A stretch of 63,111 nt of DNA, the filler included, from Licmophora abbreviata (taxonomy: Eukaryota), in the NCBI GenBank assembly GCA_900291995.1. It is 14 parts of 14 records of this genome, joined end to end, with 100 filler letters (N's around TTAATTAATTAA, not from the genome) between each part and the next. Parts side by side here need not be neighbours in the genome. Positions count along the whole stretch, not along the records: positions 1 to 4,945 come from OLMU01000441.1; positions 5,046 to 12,566 come from OLMU01000443.1; 12 more parts are not named here. One strand, written 5' to 3'. The notes under the pieces were generated by a model, which saw only the letters and a list, made by a program, of their open reading frames with translations, searched no databases and was not told the origin of the DNA. The position numbers and the translations under genes were made by a program. How positions within the stretch are numbered: the stretch's first letter is position 1; the number at the start of each line of letters is the position of its first letter. This document shows, one piece after another, positions 1 through 11,300 of this stretch.

Positions 1-45
1 TCACTCGTATTTTTGAAGGATGTTGGCAATTCTTCCATATCTTAC

Positions 46-1093
46 CATGAATGATCGAATGACTTTCGTAGAGGACAAGGTCTCCGGGCAGCATGGTAAC
101 GTTATGCGCCTTGCCATCATGGCCAATCACCTCGAGCGGCCACGGCTCATCCGTATCTTGGTCGACGTTGATGATTGCCGAGCTTACGAGCGGAAGACGA
201 TCGACATGCGGGGCGAGCACGGCACCTTCCGTATACACCCGAATACCATAAAGCGAGCACTCGGCCAGCTGCTGTCCCGTCCATTCGGAAATAGTATCCC
301 GAGCGGCGTTCCAGATGTGCTGCTTGAGAACGGCACCTCCTCCCTTGAGTGCCGCATTCTCGACGGAAACCATGTACGTGGGAGCCTCCCAATGGTTCGT
401 GTCTGTTCCAAGCGCAAAACAATAAGCAAAACTTGTAAGTTGACGCTATCATCAATAGATCCACACGATTGAAGAAACAGTGTTATACACTCACAGGTAT
501 TTCCCGCTGGCCAGTTCTCGTCTGTGGTTTTATTCTGATTGGCATCCCAGAACTCCTTGATAAGTTTGAAGACATTGTCGGGCGCACGAATTTTGGTAAA
601 GCCGTACTTCGTGTAGTTCTACAAAGGGGAGAGTAGACCGCTGATGAGCATTGATATAGAGGAACATACAAAGATTGAAAGCCCAGTTCGATCACAGTAA
701 ACGTGCAAAACACGACAGAGAAGGGCACACAAGGCTACGCACCACCATGCTCTGCGGCTGTCGCAATGTCATGGCAATTCGATCACGTTCGTTGGCCAGA
801 CACCGCTCTCCTCTGGACCCATAGTAGTCTACACAGCCCTGAATGGATTCATCGTACATCTCTTGTCGGTTTCCCAAAGGCTGAAGCGGCATGTCCGCAT
901 ACTCTTCCGGGATTTCGACGGACGAGTCCACATTGTGTGGCAGCCATGGATAGTTGGTGCTCACGCTCTCATGAGCCATGGGAAAGGAAATATCGGAACC
1001 ATAGTCTTCTTGGGCGTGCGTAGAAGCTAGAATGAGCGCCAGCAGTACTGATGCCAGACGTCCAAGCAGCGTCATTTGGGAAGAAGCAAACAT
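46..1093 (-). CDS. Secreted 2OG-Fe(II) oxygenase-like protein, paralog of the 3369-4945 gene; 3' end lies beyond the window start
   Basis: Exons read by hand: 1093-743, 618-495, 402-46, with GT-AG introns. Signal peptide, then YGSDISFPM...LRQPQSMV|NYTKYGFTKIRAP...|YTNHWEAPTYMVSVE...SLYGIRVYTEGAVLAPHVDRLPLVSSAIINV...PGDLVLYESHSIIHG. HxD...H iron-binding triad present. Exons 2 and 3 are absent from the ORF track. Confidence 0.8.
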
Positions 1094-1574
1094 ACTAAAT
1101 ATGATCCAGAATGACGAGTCAAGAACAGAGCTGCAAATATCTCAGAAAGGACGATGGAGCTTCAACGCAAAGACACAGAGCTTCAATGAAGAGTAGCAAT
1201 ACTGAATGAATAGATACCCGACGAGAAACAAGGGCACTTTCTTCGCTGCGACTCTCCCTCAACCACAACGACCGGGTGTGCTGAACTGGGCTGTGATCTG
1301 TGATGACTTTCGTTCGTGACAGGCTTTTGCTTCGGGGCCAAGAACCGGAGACATTTTGAATCGGATGAAAATGACCGAAAATGTCTTCACGTAGACCCCA
1401 GTATTTTGTGTACGTACGAAGATTCCACGGGCCTGTTGGTATTTGCTCACAACGGAGAGCCAGCCAGCCAGCGCGCCAGTCGGAGGAGCATCTTCTTGAT
1501 TCTTCGAGGAGTTCGAAACGAGAAATCACACTGATGAGTGCCTGCACCATGATGATGAAACGACGAATGCGACG

Positions 1575-3108
1575 ATGAGAAGACTCACAATACTTGTTCT
1601 TTCGGAAGTTCTCCTGACCTCACTTCTAAGAATTGTCTCTGCCCGCGTCCCGAAGGAGCGCAGTGTCCGTATCTTCAACAACAGTGGGCAGAATCTGGTC
1701 ATCTACTGGATTCCTCCTCCTGGCAGCGGTGAGCCCATCCTACAGACCACCCCTCAGCTGCTCGCCTCCCACGTCTTTCAACGAACCTCGTACGTCGGTC
1801 ACGTGTTTGAAATACAAGAGACGGTGGGATGCAGTGATGTTACCACGGCGTCTTTTACCCATTACAACAATGATTGTCCATCCAGACGGGTAGTCGTGTC
1901 CGACAACGATGATCAAGTCGTTCGCATATTGCCCGGGTTGACACTGCTAGTGTCAGACAATCTCTCGCAGGCGCGAGACGAAGCGAGTAGTATCGTAAAG
2001 GACTGCGAGGCCATCGTTCGGGCGTATAGTAGTGGTAGCGCATCACAAGAGCAAGATACACTGTTCGAAATCATGGAGAAGATTCAGGAGTGTGTGGAAC
2101 AAGGCAAAGCGAAAGCCGTCGCTGTCGCCGATGAGGAAATCAACTTTCAGTCTGATCTACGTGTCAGTATGGCTCTCCTATTGGACAATTATACGTGCAA
2201 TGACGATGACCTGGAGTCCACGGATGAGCTGTATACCGAACAGTGGAGAGACACGCGAAAAGGTGGAACGACGCACAGAGTCAATGTCATGCTGGACCGA
2301 CCGGCTTCTCAGATTCAAGTCATTGAGAATTTTATCGCCCCAGAAGAGTGTGCAGCGGTTCAGAAGTCAGTCCAAGATCGATTGAATCGAGCAGGTATTG
2401 TCGACAGCGACGGGAAGGGGACAGAAGAACAGTATCGCAAAGCGATGGACGCGCCTCTACGTATTCGATGGAAGAATGGGCCGGAGACGGATCCGATTGT
2501 GAAGCTCGGTGAACGTATTTACGATTTTTCCAATCATGCTTTGGGCATAGAGATCCGACCAGAGGGACAGGAAGATCTCATTGCGATCTTCTACGAGGGA
2601 CGTGGTAGCAATGAGACGGAACCTGATCAATACAAGCGTCATTGCGACGGACCATGTTTTGGAGAACCCCACAAGCCCGGCGACCGCATGGCATCTTTTG
2701 TCATGTACTGTGAAATGCCAGAAAAGGGAGGAGCGACCACCTTTCCACGGGCGGGAATCCACGTCAAGGCGAACCCCGGAGACGCGCTCTTTTTTAGTTT
2801 TGTCGATCCGATATCGCGACGAACAGATACGGGCTGGACGGAACACTCGGGTTGCCCGGTTATGGAAGGGAACAAGATGATTGTGACACAATGGCTTCGG
2901 TTGGGTGTGGATCGGGAACATCCATGGCATACGTTTGACTCATGTAAGTGCTTGCACATGGATTGTTTTTGTTGGTCTTCCGACTGTAACTCCACACTTG
3001 TACTCAACCTACGTCATCCGCTTGTTTCTACCAGACGTTCCGACAAAGTCCATCGGAGATCCTCCCCTGCAGAAAAATGATGTAGAGGACGGAAGAGATG
3101 AGTTATAA
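1575..3108 (+). CDS. ER-resident prolyl 4-hydroxylase-like 2OG-Fe(II) dioxygenase with an N-terminal VHL-beta-like domain
   Basis: Signal peptide; P4H motifs IENFIAPEEC, HCD, GGATTFP, EHSGCPVMEGNKMIVTQWLR. Removing intron 2944-3034 (GTAAGT...CCAG) gives a last exon ending in the ER-retention signal RDEL-stop. Confidence 0.85.
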
Positions 3109-3368
3109 ATATAGTTTAGATTAGACTTCTCGTGCGTTATCGAAGCCGGTAGGTCTAATGTGGTGCCAATTGACACATTCGAGCTTCATGTTTCGACGGA
3201 CGCCGGTAGGACCTTTCGTAGCTCGACGGGCTCTATGACATTTCTCTCTATGCTGGCTGGCTTGGAGAGCTGTTGACGACGCCGAGTTCGCAGTCAGTCA
3301 CGAATGGCTGTGAGGACCTTCGCTTCGCTTCAGTATCATAGCGAGAGAGTGAACAGACTTTTTGACAG

Positions 3369-4945
3369 ATGACCATGATGGCGCCGTTGCACCGTGACTT
3401 CGCTGCCGCTTTGACGGTTTTGTTGCTGCTAGTGGCATTGTCCAGTCCTGTCAATGGATTCTGGAGCAATAATAAAAATCAGCAAGACGAGGAGCAAGCG
3501 GATACCCGTCAGGATAACAATGGCATAGCTCCGGACCATGACAGCGTGGAGTATGGCGTTGACATTTCCTTTCCCATGCAGCACAACAGTGTCAGTACAA
3601 ACTATCCGTGGCTCAAACACAACATGGATTCGAAGGCCGCAATTCCGAAAACTTACAAGGATATGGCTGTTCAACCACTCGGAGATCGTCAAAAGTTCTA
3701 CCATGACTTTCTGCAGGGCTGCCACGACAAGTTCGGGAAAAAGGGAAACCGATGTGATCAGAACGAGCACGAACGCATTGCCATGACGCTTCGACAGCCC
3801 CAGAGTATGCAAAACTATACGGGTAAGTAGTCACCGATGTCATGTGCGAAGTTTTACGCGATGCTCTATTGTTCTCTCACAGTGAGTGCGTGTCATCCAT
3901 GTAGACATTGGGTTCCAGAAAATTCGAGCACCTGAAAAAGTGTTCAAACTCATCAAGGAATTTTGGGATCGCAATAAAGATAATCAAAAGCTGGAGAATT
4001 GGGGGCAAGGTAACACTTACACCAATAACTGGGTGACACCGAGTTACATGGTGAGCGTGGAGGACAATACGTTGCGAGGCGGTGGACATGGCTTGAAGCA
4101 GAAAATCTGGGATGCGGCACGTGAAACGATCGAAGATTGGACGGGCGAGGAACTCACGCAGTGCTCGCTCTACGGGGTACGAGTTTACACCGAGGGTGCG
4201 GTTCTTGCAACCCATGTCGATCGTCTTCCCCTCGTGTCGTCTGCGATCATCAACGTTGCACAGGACGTCGACGAGCCTTGGTACGTATTGAACGGCAAAT
4301 GATCGTCGATGATGGCTACTATCTTCGAGACAAACCATAGTCTAATCGAGCGACTCTTTTCTCATGTCGACTATCTCCTTGCTTGTATAGGCCACTGGAA
4401 GTGTATGGACACGACGGTAAGGCGACAAACGTTACAATGGAACCTGGAGACATGGTCCTGTACGAAAGTCACTCGGTGCTACACGGCCGCCCATTTCCTC
4501 TCAAGGGGCGATACTTGGCCAACATCTTTATCCACTTTGAACCTACTGGTCATTCGCTGCGGCATAATGCCAAAGTGGATGAAGGGAAGACGGATGTTCA
4601 CGAAAAATATAAGGCGGCAACGGCACGGCGAGTCAGCGGCCACGAGGCAGATCACGACGGACTTCCCTCGTATGTTATTCCAGGCACGCCAGAAGAGACC
4701 AACTGGAGGAGACAGCACCCGAACAACAAGGTAAGTGTGCTTATATTGTCTGATGTTGGTGGTGTTGCTGGCGAAACGCAGCATGCACTCTATTCCCTCA
4801 CATTTTCCTGTCTTCGTACTTGGCAGCGATCGCGCCAGAATTCCTTTACCACCGGCTCCACTTCGGCTCACAAAGCGGCACAAGACGGCGATGTAGTGGG
4901 CCTCGCCAGATTTATTGAAAAAGACAAGAGCGTGGTGAAGGCTCA
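3369..4945 (+). CDS. Secreted 2OG-Fe(II) oxygenase-like protein with C-terminal ankyrin repeat(s); truncated by the gap
   Basis: Exons 3369-3822, 3905-4280, 4391-4730, 4827-gap. Signal peptide, HVD and HGRP motifs, and an ankyrin-like TSAHKAAQDGD. Confidence 0.8.
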
Positions 4946-5045
4946 NNNNNNNNNNNNNNNNNNNNNNNNNNNNNNNNNNNNNNNNNNNNTTAATTAATTA
5001 ANNNNNNNNNNNNNNNNNNNNNNNNNNNNNNNNNNNNNNNNNNNN
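4946..5045. other. Artificial scaffold spacer N44-TTAATTAATTAA-N44 (stop codons in all six frames); first of 13
   Basis: Identical 100-nt spacers also at 12567-12666, 14510-14609, 23749-23848, 30795-30894, 37327-37426, 43410-43509, 47197-47296, 49378-49477, 52083-52182, 53744-53843, 55449-55548 and 57071-57170. Confidence 0.98.
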
Positions 5046-5406
5046 TAAACCAGAGTGCGTAGCTGACCAGCCAAGACGAACGCTGACCATCTCAGTTAAG
5101 ACCCTAGCCAAGCCATGGAGCGGAATGTTCATTCGTCGCATACATGGTTGTGGAGTGCCATCCTTCGTCGCCAGATTAGACTATTCGTCGCTGGTGTGAT
5201 TGCTTGTGCGTCTTCCCCGATTCGGAATGTGTCTGCATATCAGTTGGGCTGATCACTAACCGTCTGTGCCATCCGTGCCATGACGAAATCGGCTCATTTG
5301 TCTGTCTCGCTTCACACACGACGCGCGGTGACACACGCCGCCGACACACACCCGGCGCCGACCATGAAGCTTATCGAGCCGTCGTGGTATTCGATTTCTA
5401 GATAGA

Positions 5407-6191
5407 ATGCCTGCCGCGTCGACTGCCCACAAGCTTCCCCGTCCGGCGACTCCCCCGGGAGTCCCTCCTCCCGATGCACACCGTCCTGAATCGCGACTAT
5501 CTTTCGGCGTCGTTTGTTCCAGCAACATCAATCGTTCCATGGAGGCGCACGTCGTGTTGGGCAATGCAGGTCTTCGAGTCGAGAGCTACGGGACAGGAAC
5601 GCAGGTTCGTCTTCCAGGTCGATCTGCTATGGAGCCTAGGATTTTTAAATTCGGGACGCTCTTCGAGCGCATGTATAACAACTTGTCAGCGACTCCCGAA
5701 GACACTGCCTTCTTTCAGCGAAACGGTGTGCTCCAGCTGTGCAAGCGTGGCGCTGCTGTCAAGGTACGCAGTGAATCTATGCATCTCAATATTTGATCGC
5801 GAGTCAAGGGTTGCATTCTAATGATACGATTACATCTTGTTGCGTATTTCAGCCTGCACCCCAGCGATGGCAAGATACGTCATCTGATTTTGTTGCCAAG
5901 CACGACGTTGCAATTGCGTTCGAGGAGAGAATCTTTGATGCCGTCGTGGAGGATCTTCAAATGCGAGAGCCGACAGAAAACTTTGAACCCATCCATGTCA
6001 TCTGCTTGGACACGAAAGATAATCCACGCGAAGCCCAGCTGCAAGGACAGGTCGCGCTCGAGCTTTGTTGGTTGCTCGAGGCCGCTGCGGATGACCTGGT
6101 GACGGAGGCTCCGGCGATTCTTGACGCTTTTCAACGAGAGCGAATGACACACACTCCCATCAAGGTTTTGTATCAGCTGTGTTATCTTTAG
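5407..6191 (+). CDS. SSU72: RNA polymerase II CTD phosphatase Ssu72
   Basis: Catalytic motif VCSSNINRSMEAH, plus SYGTGTQVRLPG, FEERIFDAV and DTKDN. Exons 5407-5763 and 5853-6191. Confidence 0.93.
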
Positions 6192-7125
6192 AATGATGAC
6201 AAGCAAAGTGCCGCTATTACAGCTAGACACGAGTTGAAACAACTCTTGTTCGTCTCTCACTCCGAGCATAGTCTATAGTTAGTCGTGCGAGTTCATCATC
6301 GATCCGTCATACGGCCGATCTCATCTCACCATGATGGATGCGCTGTGCTGTGGTAATCTTAAAAAGGACGATTGTCACCGTGCCTCGGCAACTGCTACCG
6401 CCAACATCATCATGGGTCAATACTGCGTCACGCGAACTGGACTGTTACGCGTGATCCTTCGGGCGTGGCAAGGGATATGGAAGAGGTGTCCCCAATGGAC
6501 GCGGTCGGAAAGATAGGTATAGTAGTGGAATGTATCAGCCACCTTAATAAAGAGTCGTCTGTCTATGCTGGATTGGACGCAGATTTGCGAGTCTGTTCTA
6601 CAGAAAATCAAGGAATTCGGAAACCAGATTCGATCGAGAGGAGGACCTCCAAGAAGTCCCACTCGGGAAGTCCCATTCATTGTAGGCACTGAGATATCTC
6701 ACCTTTCGCGTATTCCGATGCTGCAATTCAGATACTACCCTCACGTCGAAACTGTCGTGAGACATGGTTGGCCCCACCCGCCCAAGTTTTGAAGATGGAG
6801 TTCGGAATTCATATTTTCTACGCGGTTTTCGGTATAGGGATGCGTAGAAAACTTGCCGCCAAGACCGAGAGGAGAGCACGCGCTTTTTCCTTCATCGGAC
6901 TTTTTCCATCACTTCAGCATACCGGTGTAGCAACATCACACCCGTGCCGTTGCTGTGAAGAGTTCACAACACACCTGCCGACGAGCTGTGACACGAAAGC
7001 ACGGTTTCGGGTGTCTCCGTTAGTACTTTGGACTGAATAGTGGTCACCTGCGATTGGAGAATTGAGTGCTGGTGCTCCTTGTTTCCCTCAGAATACCCGC
7101 CGCTGCTCTCGTGCGTCAGTCGACG

Positions 7126-8322
7126 ATGAACGGAGCAGCCATGCGTTCACCATCATACTTTGCAAGTCGGCTTTGCTGTGCTTCTACACTCTTCTGGATA
7201 ACGACTGGGTCGTCCTACGATGGACACCTCCATCCATACGGCTCCGTGAGGTCGTCCACGACTCATCATTTCCGCTCGTTGGCGTTTCTGACTACCCAGT
7301 GTGAGTCGCCGCCAAGAGCTCGCAGCGGCGCCCTTGTTTCTCCATCGTCTTCTTCCAAGCCTATAAGCGACCAAAAGGCAGTGGCGACAGAAAGAATCAA
7401 TACTAGCAACACTGATTGTGACAGTGTTCGGAAGCGATCCACCCCAGCGGATCTCTTCTTTCAAGCGCATCACAAACTGCCCTGGCCTAGCGTCATGCAC
7501 ATGCGACTGGACGAAGACGCCATGGACGACCGTGGGAATGGAATCCTTGTCATTGGTGATGTACATGGATGTTTTGAAGAGTGTATGCGACTTCACGACA
7601 AGGCGGTAGTACAAGAGAATGGTGGAACTCCCTTCCGATGTGTCATTCTGGTGGGAGACTTGTGCAACAAAGGACCAGAGTCAGCTCGTGTTGTTCGATT
7701 TGTGCGACAGCAGCCCCATTGGTATGCTGTGCGTGGCAATCACGATGATGGGGCAGTGGCGGCCGCGTTGGGTGACACGCGACGGAGAGCAAAGTCGACC
7801 TATCAATGGGTGGTGGATGAAAAAGGACCAGCACTTTCAGACGACGATGTTGCCTGGATGTCTGAACTGCCCTACACTATCACCGTGCCAAAAGAGCTCC
7901 TTACCGTACATACAACCCCAGATCTTTCGACAGAAGCTGACATCGTCATTGTTCACGCTGGTATAGTGCCTGGCGTACCTCTTAGTGAACAAAAGATTGA
8001 GACAATGGTGACTATCCGAGAAGTTACTTTCAGCGAAGAGACGCAAGCCTACGCATACCACGCCAAGAAGAGCGGACAGGAGCGGTGTTCCGAAACAGTG
8101 CCTCGTCCATGGGCGACTGTCTGGCAAGGTCCTCAACGGATTATCTTTGGACATGACGCTCGCAGAGGTCTTCAACGATACCCTGGGGACTGGGCGATCG
8201 GTCTCGACACCGGCGCCTGTTATGGAAAAGCGCTGACGGGCATTGTGCTACCGAGGAGGAGCATCGTTCAGGTTGAGGCCCTGCGGACTCACTGCCCCAT
8301 CGTGGATAGCACAACGCAGTGA
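7126..8322 (+). CDS. ApaH-like (ALPH) calcineurin-type metallophosphoesterase / bis(5'-nucleosyl)-tetraphosphatase with an N-terminal extension
   Basis: PPP-family motifs GDVHG, GDLCNKG, RGNHD, VHAG, FGHDA and GLDTGACYG. Confidence 0.88.
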   Translation: MNGAAMRSPSYFASRLCCASTLFWITTGSSYDGHLHPYGSVRSSTTHHFRSLAFLTTQCESPPRARSGALVSPSSSSKPISDQKAVATERINTSNTDCDSVRKRSTPADLFFQAHHKLPWPSVMHMRLDEDAMDDRGNGILVIGDVHGCFEECMRLHDKAVVQENGGTPFRCVILVGDLCNKGPESARVVRFVRQQPHWYAVRGNHDDGAVAAALGDTRRRAKSTYQWVVDEKGPALSDDDVAWMSELPYTITVPKELLTVHTTPDLSTEADIVIVHAGIVPGVPLSEQKIETMVTIREVTFSEETQAYAYHAKKSGQERCSETVPRPWATVWQGPQRIIFGHDARRGLQRYPGDWAIGLDTGACYGKALTGIVLPRRSIVQVEALRTHCPIVDSTTQ

Positions 8323-8383
8323 AGATGGGACGCACATCGACGTCAACACAGAAAGCAAGCTTTAATTAAAAGAATTTGCAAGA

Positions 8384-11300
8384 TTAAGATTTGTTGCTGC
8401 GGTGCCGTTCTGCGCCAGGGCTCGCACTCCGGCTTCGTGCCGATCGTCGATCCTTCTTGCTTCGCTTTCGCTTCCCGCTTTTCCCACGGTCCCGGCTTCG
8501 GCTTCTTTTTCGATCGGATCCATCCCGTTTACGATCCAGGTCAGCCCCATTCCCACCGCTCCTGGCTAAATGTGGCGATCCACTTCGACTTCGAACTTCA
8601 GGAAGTCCATCACCACTCTTTCGATCGCGCCGAGAAGGTCGCTCACCCGAATAGCTCCTGCTTCGACTGTAGCGTGGTCGCCGCGATCGCCCCTCGCGGT
8701 CAACGCTGCGGCTTCTTTCTGTACTTCCCCGTTCACGAGAAAGCGACCTTCCACGATCCCGACGTCTCTCGCGATCGCGTCTTCGATCCTTGTCTCGTCC
8801 ACGACTGTGCGATCTGCTAGAACGGTGACGATAATCTCGGTCGTACCCGTACTCTCTACCGTCGTCTCGGTAGCCTCGATATCCGCGGTCGCGCGGCGGA
8901 CTATAGCTGTAGCCTCGGGAACGGTGGCGTGAGCCAAAATGATCGTGTCCACGGTCTCGGTAAGGATCTCCATAGGCTTCCGGAGGACCGCGTGGTTGTT
9001 TATCCTGCTGCTGAGTTGAAGGTCCGGAAGAAGTGGCATTCGGAGCAGAACACACGCAGTACTTAGGACGATATCCGCAAGTCGAGCACCTATCACTTGA
9101 TGCCTGAGGACGGCTGGCCTTGCTTGAGCCAGAAGAGTTGCTTCTTTCTACTTTCAAGAGTCGCCCGTCAATTTCATGTTTTCGTCCAGACTGTAGCGCA
9201 CCGCTTGCGACCGCCTCAGGCATCGTCACAAAGCCGAACCCCCGTGACTTCCCACTGTCGCGCTCCGTTGGAATTTGACACTCCAGAATATGTTCCCGCC
9301 CGTAGAGTTCTCCAAAAAAGTCAAGGAGGTCACTGACGCTCGTGCTATATGCAAGATTTCCGATGTGAAGCTTGATAGCCGGTGGCCGATCACCGGAGAG
9401 AGCCCGATCACCCCTCTTTCGGTTGCGCCGCCGTCCGCCTTTCCCGCCTTCCTTTCCCCTTTCTTTTCTGGGGGTACCATTCGGTGTATCAGGGGCTGGC
9501 TCAGTGTCGTCCATTGCTGCCGAAACGCGTATCAAGGATTCCGGATTCGATTCTCCCTCGATGTCCAGAATATTAAAGTCCAACTCCTTCAATCGTTGTA
9601 GAACAGTTTCAACGAACGACTCTTCGGAGGAGACACAGTCTAAGGCCACCTGCAATGCTCGCAAATGCCCGTCATACAGCGTCAGCACGCAGCTATCGGG
9701 ACCCATCGCATAGAAATTCTTCTCTACTTCCAAGGACCATGTGTAAGCGGTCGAGTCGAAGAAACTCTGCCATCCCTGCTTCAATTCACCCTCCGTACCT
9801 TCCTTGTCGTCGTTGTACTGTAGCCCTCCTTCTGACATCTTCGTACAAAGCTGGGCACCAAAGTGGTCCTTGAGACCATTGTTGAGATTCTGTAGCAGCT
9901 TCTCTAGTTTTCGCGAAAAGAAGAAAACTAGATAGTGTCGAAGCATCCGCTGGTGTTTCTTTGTCAAACTCCAAGGTGGTCCCTCAGACGCATACTTATT
10001 TACGTCCGACGGCGGCATTGTTCCGACGACTGCTGCTGCAAGGAGACTGGGGTGGAATCTCCCGTCCGCGTACGCCATTCCTTCAAGTTTCTGGCCAAGT
10101 TTTAAACCGGAAAGAACTTCTCCAGTAATGCATGCGCACCCCTCCAGCAGTGACAAGCGCTCAGGACTCCACCACGCGTTTATGAGGCTTACATCCATCG
10201 ATTCGTACACCCGACTAGAGTGATTGGAGGTTGGGGTTTCGCCTTCCTCGACATGCGGTGTATAATCGCCAGGAGCTGGAACGTTGCCGACTGAGCTACT
10301 CAAGGTCCATCCGATCTTTACCTTGTCGTCAGGGTTGTTCATCTGCGCAAACCCATACGACAACAGGAGCTCCTTATTGCTCTTGGCCACGTCGTACGCA
10401 GTATAAACTTCCGATCCCTTCTTGACTCGTTTGTGCATGACTGCTCGTGGACCATGTGGTCCAGGCGGCGACCCGATAGCATTTCCCGAGTCGTCTTCAG
10501 CCGGTGTACCCCTTCCCTCTGGTACGCGCGGCTCCCAAGTTATTTGGTTTGAATCAACTTCATGGTTTAGCATGTCTAACAAGGGAATCAAGATGCCAAG
10601 CTCGTCCCATACCCCGGGCGACGATTTGATAGCCTTTTCCTCGTTAGGATTGCTCTCGAAATGGGCAACTGCATTAGCATCACCCATGTTGGTATAGCAG
10701 CTCACGGGCAGCGTTCGCGATGAAATGACGGCTGCCGCCCAGACCCACCGTTCCCATGTCAACAAACCGGGAGAGAAGATATGCGGAAAACGGTGTGTAA
10801 TTCCGGCATCGACAAGCGCAACAAACTCGGACGACAACTGCATGGTATGCGCTGCTACTTCCTGTAGCAAAGGAACCCCAGGTATGCATCCCGCCAGAAG
10901 CGCAAGCTCGTTTCGTTTCCAACAGAGAGGTAATGAAATCGCAGACGGAAGTACCCGCGCATAGGGTGCGAATGTCTCAGGTGAGTCATCAAGTGAAATG
11001 ATCCTAGCTGTCCTTAAAGCGTTGTTTGAACCAACGCCGTTGCTCAGCTCCGCAGCTGCTCGATTCATATTCACAGCCGGACGAGTCTCATTCGAAAATC
11101 GCTGCTGAATCAAAAAGGCCAGCAGAGGTGCTCGCGACGAAACAACTCCAGGCGATGCCAGCGAGAAAGTCAACGCTTCTGATGAGTCGCCCCCCAAGTT
11201 CTCAATTCTTCGTAGTGCTTTCGACAATGACGTTTCAGCTTTCTTTCGTTCCTGAAGAATCTTCACTAAAAGCTGTGTCCCATTGCTCTTTGATAAATTC

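Noticed and set aside
20..472. 150-aa plus-strand ORF, and the similar 3877-4338 minus-strand ORF
   Set aside because: Both are antisense shadows of the oxygenase exons, and their mutual similarity follows from the paralogy of the real genes.
6200..7060. Several 60-106 aa ORFs between Ssu72 and the ALPH gene
   Set aside because: No motif or consistent exon chain could be built; left unannotated.
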